Positions 16,741-21,105 of a DNA stretch of 21,105 bases are shown piece by piece. The notes below the pieces were generated by a model. That model saw only the letters and a program-made list of their open reading frames with translations. It was not told the origin of the DNA and searched no databases. The translations under genes and the position numbers were made by a program. Position 1 is the stretch's first letter. Every line of letters begins with the position of its first letter. This DNA is from a virus. Taxonomy: Duplodnaviria; Heunggongvirae; Uroviricota; Caudoviricetes. The stretch lies in IMG/VR virus record IMGVR_UViG_2657245439_000019; one strand, 5' to 3'.

Positions 16741-17084
16741 CTGCGCGTTATCTCGGAATGAATCGCAGTGATGGCCTGACTGTCACTGACCTTGAGCATA
16801 TCAGCCAGAGTATCGGCGATATCCTGCGCACACCGGTCGGCTCACGGGTGATGCGTCGTGATTACGGCTCGTTGCTGGCGTCAATGATTGACCAGCCGCA
16901 GACCCCGGCGCTTGAGTTGCAGATTAAGGTCGCCTGTTACATGGCGGTGCTGAAATGGGAACCACGCGTCACCCTGTCATCCGTCACCACGGCGCGCAGT
17001 TTTGACGGGCAAATGACGGTCACGTTAACCGGTCAGCACAACGACACCGGCCAGCCACTTTCGTTAACCATTCCTGTGAGTTGA
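16737..17084 (+). CDS. W: Baseplate wedge protein gpW
   Basis: 115-aa ORF coupled to V, same size and position as P2 W. Confidence 0.85.
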   Translation: MTARYLGMNRSDGLTVTDLEHISQSIGDILRTPVGSRVMRRDYGSLLASMIDQPQTPALELQIKVACYMAVLKWEPRVTLSSVTTARSFDGQMTVTLTGQHNDTGQPLSLTIPVS

Positions 17085-17088
17085 AACC

Positions 17089-17997
17089 ATGCCGATTATC
17101 GACCTGAACCAGCTACCCGCACCGGATGTGGTCGAGGAGCTGGACTTTGAAACCATTCTCGCCGAACGCAAGGCGACACTGATTTCCCTTTACCCGGAAG
17201 ACCAGCAGGAGGCGGTCGCCCGTACCCTGACGCTGGAATCCGAGCCTCTCGTCAAACTGCTGGAGGAAAATGCGTATCGCGAGCTTATCTGGCGTCAGCG
17301 TGTGAATGAGGCTGCACGGGCGGTGATGCTGGCCTGTGCAGCCGGTAATGACCTTGATGTGATTGGTGCCAATTACAACACCACGCGCCTGATTATCACC
17401 CCGGCAGATGATTCGACCATCCCGCCGACACCGGCAGTAATGGAATCTGACACTGATTATCGTCTGCGTATTCAGCAGGCGTTTGAAGGTTTAAGCGTCG
17501 CCGGGTCGGTGGGTGCCTATCAGTATCATGGCCGCAGTGCCGACGGGCGTGTCGCGGATATCTCTGTCACCAGTCCGTCTCCGGCCTGTGTCACCATCTC
17601 TGTGCTGTCACGTGAAAATAACGGTGTCGCTTCCGAAGACCTGCTGGCGGTGGTGCGTAACGCCCTGAATGGCGAGGACGTCAGACCGGTGGCCGACCGC
17701 GTGACCGTGCAGTCTGCCGCCATCGTTGAATACCAGATAAACGCCACGCTGTATCTTTACCCTGGTCCCGAAAGCGAACCCATTCGCGCTGCCGCCGTGA
17801 AAAAACTGGAAGCGTATATCACGGCACAGCACCGGCTGGGGCGCGACATCCGTCTGTCTGCCATTTATGCCGCTTTGCATGTGGAAGGCGTGCAGCGTGT
17901 CGAACTGGCTGCACCGCTGGCCGACATCGTGCTCAACAATACGCAGGCGTCTTTCTGTACCGAATACCGCGTCGTGACCGGAGGCTCGGATGAGTGA
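17089..17997 (+). CDS. J: Baseplate protein gpJ
   Basis: 302-aa ORF, same size and position as P2 J. Confidence 0.85.
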   Translation: MPIIDLNQLPAPDVVEELDFETILAERKATLISLYPEDQQEAVARTLTLESEPLVKLLEENAYRELIWRQRVNEAARAVMLACAAGNDLDVIGANYNTTRLIITPADDSTIPPTPAVMESDTDYRLRIQQAFEGLSVAGSVGAYQYHGRSADGRVADISVTSPSPACVTISVLSRENNGVASEDLLAVVRNALNGEDVRPVADRVTVQSAAIVEYQINATLYLYPGPESEPIRAAAVKKLEAYITAQHRLGRDIRLSAIYAALHVEGVQRVELAAPLADIVLNNTQASFCTEYRVVTGGSDE

Positions 17998-18601
17998 TTC
18001 GCGACTGCTGCCGACCGGCTCATCACCGCTTGAAGTCGCCGCCGCAAAAGCCTGTGCGGAAATTGAAAAAACGCCGGTCAGTATTCGTGAGCTGTGGAAC
18101 CCGGATACCTGTCCGGCAAATCTGCTGCCGTGGCTGGCGTGGTCATTTTCGGTTGACCGCTGGGATGATAAATGGCCGGAAGCGACAAAACGCGCTGTTA
18201 TCCGCGATGCGTATTTCATTCACTGCCATAAGGGCACTATAGGCGCAATCCGGCGTGTGGTGGAGCCGCTCGGCTATCTGATTGAGGTAAGGGAGTGGTG
18301 GCAGCTCAACGAGGAGCCGGGGACGTTCCGTATCGTTGTTGGTGTGCTTGAGCAGGGTATTACCGAGGAAATGTATCAGGAGCTGGAGCGCCTCGTTGCT
18401 GATGCAAAACCGGCAAGCCGCCATCTGACGGGACTGGCTATCAGCTTAAGTACAACCGGCAACATTTTTGCCGGTGCGGGATGCTATCACGGCGACGCCC
18501 TGACGGTTTATCCCTACACCCCGGAGGCCATTATTGTCGGAGGGGATTATTTCCCGGCCTCGGCCATTCATTTAATTGATAACCTGAGAGTAAACGCATG
18601 A
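17990..18601 (+). CDS. I: Baseplate protein gpI
   Basis: 203-aa ORF between J and the tail fibre gene, overlapping both. Confidence 0.8.
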   Translation: MSDSRLLPTGSSPLEVAAAKACAEIEKTPVSIRELWNPDTCPANLLPWLAWSFSVDRWDDKWPEATKRAVIRDAYFIHCHKGTIGAIRRVVEPLGYLIEVREWWQLNEEPGTFRIVVGVLEQGITEEMYQELERLVADAKPASRHLTGLAISLSTTGNIFAGAGCYHGDALTVYPYTPEAIIVGGDYFPASAIHLIDNLRVNA

Positions 18602-20112
18602 CAGTGAAATACTACGCCATTCTGACTAATCAGGGCGCAGCACGGCTGGCTAACGCGACGATGCTCGGCAGTAAGCTGAATCTGACGCAAATGGCCGTTG
18701 GTGATGCGAATGGTGTCTTGCCGACACCAGACCCGGCACAGACAAAACTGATTAACCAGAAACGCATCGCGCCGCTGAATCTTCTGAGTGTTGACCCGAA
18801 CAACCAGAGCCAGATTATTGCGGAGCAAATCATCCCTGAGAACGAGGGCGGATTCTGGATCCGTGAGATTGGGCTTTATGATGATGAAGGCGTACTCATT
18901 GCGGTGGCGAACTGCCCGGAAACGTACAAACCGCAGTTACAGGAAGGCAGTGGTCGTACCCAGACTATCCGCATGATTCTGGTTGTCACGAATACCGAAG
19001 CCATCACGCTGAAAATCGACCCGTCGGTGGTACTGGCGACCCGTAAATACGTGGATGATGAAGTCCTGGAATTAAGGCTGTATGTGGATGACCAGATGAG
19101 AAACCACATTGCCGCACAGGATCCTCATACCCAGTATGCACAGAAACATAATCCGACATTTACCGGAGAACCAAAAGCGCCGACGCCTGCCGCAGGGAAT
19201 AACACCACGCGGATTGCGACCACTGAGCTTGTTCAGGCCGCTATTACCGCTCTGATTAACGGCGCGCCAGCCACGCTGGACACACTGAAAGAAATTGCCG
19301 CAGCCATTAACAATGACCCGAAATTCAGCACCACCATTAACAATGCGCTGGCACTGAAAGCGCCGCTGTCGAGTCCCGCACTTACCGGAACGCCAACAGC
19401 ACCTACTGCGGCACAGTCGGTCAACAATACACAGATTGCCACCACGGCTTTTGTGAAATCAGCAATTGCGGCAATGGTGGGTTCTGCCCCTGCGGCACTG
19501 GATACACTGAATGAACTGGCGGCGGCGCTGGGGAATGACCCTAACTTTTCAACAACAGTGCTTAATGCACTGGCAGGCAAACAACCGCTGGACAATACGC
19601 TTACTAATTTGAGTGGAAAGGATGTGGCTGGTCTTCTCGCATACCTTGGTTTGGGAGAAGGTTCTGCGTTGCCTGTTGGCGTACCAGTTCCTTGGCCTTC
19701 AGCTACGCCGCCGACAGGCTGGCTGAAATGCAACGGGGCTGCTTTTTCGGCTGAAGAATACCCGGAGCTGGCAAAGGCTTACCCGACAAATAAATTGCCT
19801 GATTTACGCGGTGAATTTATTCGTGGCTGGGATGACGGACGTGGAGTGGATGCCGGGCGACAATTATTATCTTCACAGGGGGATGCAATAAGAAATATTG
19901 AGGGATTCGCAGATGGCGGGATCGGCATGTCTTTTGATGCAATCAGAGGGGCTTTTTACGATGCAGGAACACGATCAGCGACAATGGCGAATAACACAAC
20001 TGCTATAGGCAAAACCGATGACCTTGGATTCGACGCCTCTCGTGTCGTGCCAACAGCTAATGAAAACCGTCCACGTAACATCGCCTTTAATTATATTGTG
20101 AGGGCTGCATAA
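18598..20112 (+). CDS. H: Tail fibre protein gpH, with a probable switchable C-terminal domain
   Basis: 504-aa ORF. N-terminus MTVKYYAILTNQGAARLANA... is typical of P2 H / Mu S fibres. Internal repeated motif NNT-x-IATT...LDTL...NDP-x-FSTT. Hin/Gin-like crossover site at codons ~346-354. Confidence 0.85.
   Translation: MTVKYYAILTNQGAARLANATMLGSKLNLTQMAVGDANGVLPTPDPAQTKLINQKRIAPLNLLSVDPNNQSQIIAEQIIPENEGGFWIREIGLYDDEGVLIAVANCPETYKPQLQEGSGRTQTIRMILVVTNTEAITLKIDPSVVLATRKYVDDEVLELRLYVDDQMRNHIAAQDPHTQYAQKHNPTFTGEPKAPTPAAGNNTTRIATTELVQAAITALINGAPATLDTLKEIAAAINNDPKFSTTINNALALKAPLSSPALTGTPTAPTAAQSVNNTQIATTAFVKSAIAAMVGSAPAALDTLNELAAALGNDPNFSTTVLNALAGKQPLDNTLTNLSGKDVAGLLAYLGLGEGSALPVGVPVPWPSATPPTGWLKCNGAAFSAEEYPELAKAYPTNKLPDLRGEFIRGWDDGRGVDAGRQLLSSQGDAIRNIEGFADGGIGMSFDAIRGAFYDAGTRSATMANNTTAIGKTDDLGFDASRVVPTANENRPRNIAFNYIVRAA
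19634..19659. other. Candidate DNA-invertase crossover site (hix/gix-like) inside H
   Basis: TTCTCGCATACCTTGGTTTGGGAGAA is a 26-bp imperfect palindrome (TTCTC...GAGAA arms, ACC-TT-GGT core). It matches hixR (TTATCAAAAACCTTGGTTTTCAAGAA, from memory) at 19 of 26 positions. Confidence 0.5.
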
Positions 20113-20705
20113 TGAAACCTGTTTTTGATGAAAATGGGCTGGCTACAGTACCGGGTAATATGCGTTGTTTTTATTATGAGGCAGTTACGTATGAATATAC
20201 TGGCTGGTCTGATGAATATATTAATACTGGCGTAAGTATGCCCGCTTGTTCCACTGGTATTGACCCGGGCGAATACATTCCGGGAAGAGTGGCAGTATTT
20301 ACGGGTAAGGGATGGAGCCATGAAGAAGACCATCGCAATGAGACTGTTTACTCAACAGAAAATGGCGCAGCTGTTACAGTGGATTATATCGGTGCCATCA
20401 AAGACGGTTATGTCACGCTTTCACCGTTAACGCCATACGATAAATGGGATGGTGAGAAATGGGTGACGGATACCGAGGCACAGCATAGCGCCGCACTAGA
20501 CGCGGCAGAAGCACAGCGCCAGTCACTGATTGATGCAGCAATGGCTTCCATTAGTCTGATTCAGCTGAAATTACAGGCCGGACGGAAACTGACTCAGGCA
20601 GAAACAACCCGACTTAACGCCGTGCTGGATTACATTGACGCGGTGACGGCAACAGATACCAGCACCGCGCCGGATGTCATCTGGCCTGAACTGCCGGAGG
20701 CGTAG
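20112..20705 (+). CDS. G: Tail fibre assembly protein gpG (Tfa)
   Basis: 197-aa ORF coupled to H (TAATG). C-terminus ...[16 protein letters not shown] is the conserved Tfa tail. Confidence 0.8.
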   Translation: MKPVFDENGLATVPGNMRCFYYEAVTYEYTGWSDEYINTGVSMPACSTGIDPGEYIPGRVAVFTGKGWSHEEDHRNETVYSTENGAAVTVDYIGAIKDGYVTLSPLTPYDKWDGEKWVTDTEAQHSAALDAAEAQRQSLIDAAMASISLIQLKLQAGRKLTQAETTRLNAVLDYIDAVTATDTSTAPDVIWPELPEA

Positions 20706-21105
20706 GCCATTCAATATCGGGTGCTGTTGAAGTATCAACACGCATCAGCAGCACACGGTATTTCTTCCATTCGGTGAGAGTTGAAGTTTCTTCATCAGTT
20801 GCGATATCAGCATCAACAGCATCCTGACGCCAGGATATTTCACTGTCAGCTTTTTCCCGTAATTGGGATTTTTTAACTTCAGCAATAGCTATTAATTCCT
20901 TTTTGGTCGGCTGAGGAATATCTATCAGTGCTGGTTTTCCATTCAGTGTTCCAATCTGTTTTCCTGGTGGAATATCCATAAATAACTTTTTATGTTCTTC
21001 CTCACTGACTATTACACCATCATCAGGCCACAGACCTGATGCCTCAAATTTTTCTTTCTCCGATATGGGGAAAAAGCCATTTGCTTTAGCGCTCCATACG
21101 TACAT
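20677..21105 (-). CDS. Second, inverted tail fibre assembly protein (alternative Tfa); start at or beyond the window edge
   Basis: Minus-strand ORF ending ...[31 protein letters not shown], close to the lambda Tfa C-terminus as I recall it. It converges on G and overlaps it by 29 bp. The first ATG is at 21103-21105, so the true start may lie outside the window. Confidence 0.75.
   Translation of the reverse strand: MYVWSAKANGFFPISEKEKFEASGLWPDDGVIVSEEEHKKLFMDIPPGKQIGTLNGKPALIDIPQPTKKELIAIAEVKKSQLREKADSEISWRQDAVDADIATDEETSTLTEWKKYRVLLMRVDTSTAPDIEWPTPPAVQAR

Noticed and set aside
1-21105. tRNA, rRNA, CRISPR array, IS element or transposase
   Set aside because: No spaced short direct repeats of CRISPR type, no cloverleaf-like conserved tRNA motifs noticed, and no transposase-like ORF or terminal inverted repeats bounding an insertion. 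The only recombinases are the phage integrase and the inferred off-window invertase.

Overview
The window is most of a P2-family (Peduovirus-like) prophage from an enterobacterial host, laid out in the order expected for an integrated P2. Reading left to right: integrase (minus strand, 3' end at the window edge), C-type immunity repressor, the Pe/Pc switch with operator repeats, cox, B, four small early ORFs (orf80-83-like, one a TraR/DksA zinc finger), and replication initiator A. A short AT-rich cargo slot (about 5776-6669) follows, where P2 carries tin/old. It is followed by a 19-nt cos sequence that matches the P2 cohesive end as I remember it. The rest is the late region: portal Q and terminase P (minus strand), then O-N-M-L-X, the lysis cassette Y-K-lysA-lysB with lysC embedded out of frame, tail/baseplate genes R-S-V-W-J-I, tail fibre H, and tail-fibre assembly G. 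The window ends inside what looks like an invertible tail-fibre segment: a Hin/Gin-type crossover site inside H and a second, inverted tfa gene converging on G. The best candidates for undescribed biology are the cargo slot, which holds a tiny terminator-flanked ORF bracketed by exact 15-bp direct repeats, and the tail-fibre switch. I found no tRNA, rRNA, CRISPR array or IS element. All calls rest on reading the sequence and recalling P2-family proteins; no database search was run.
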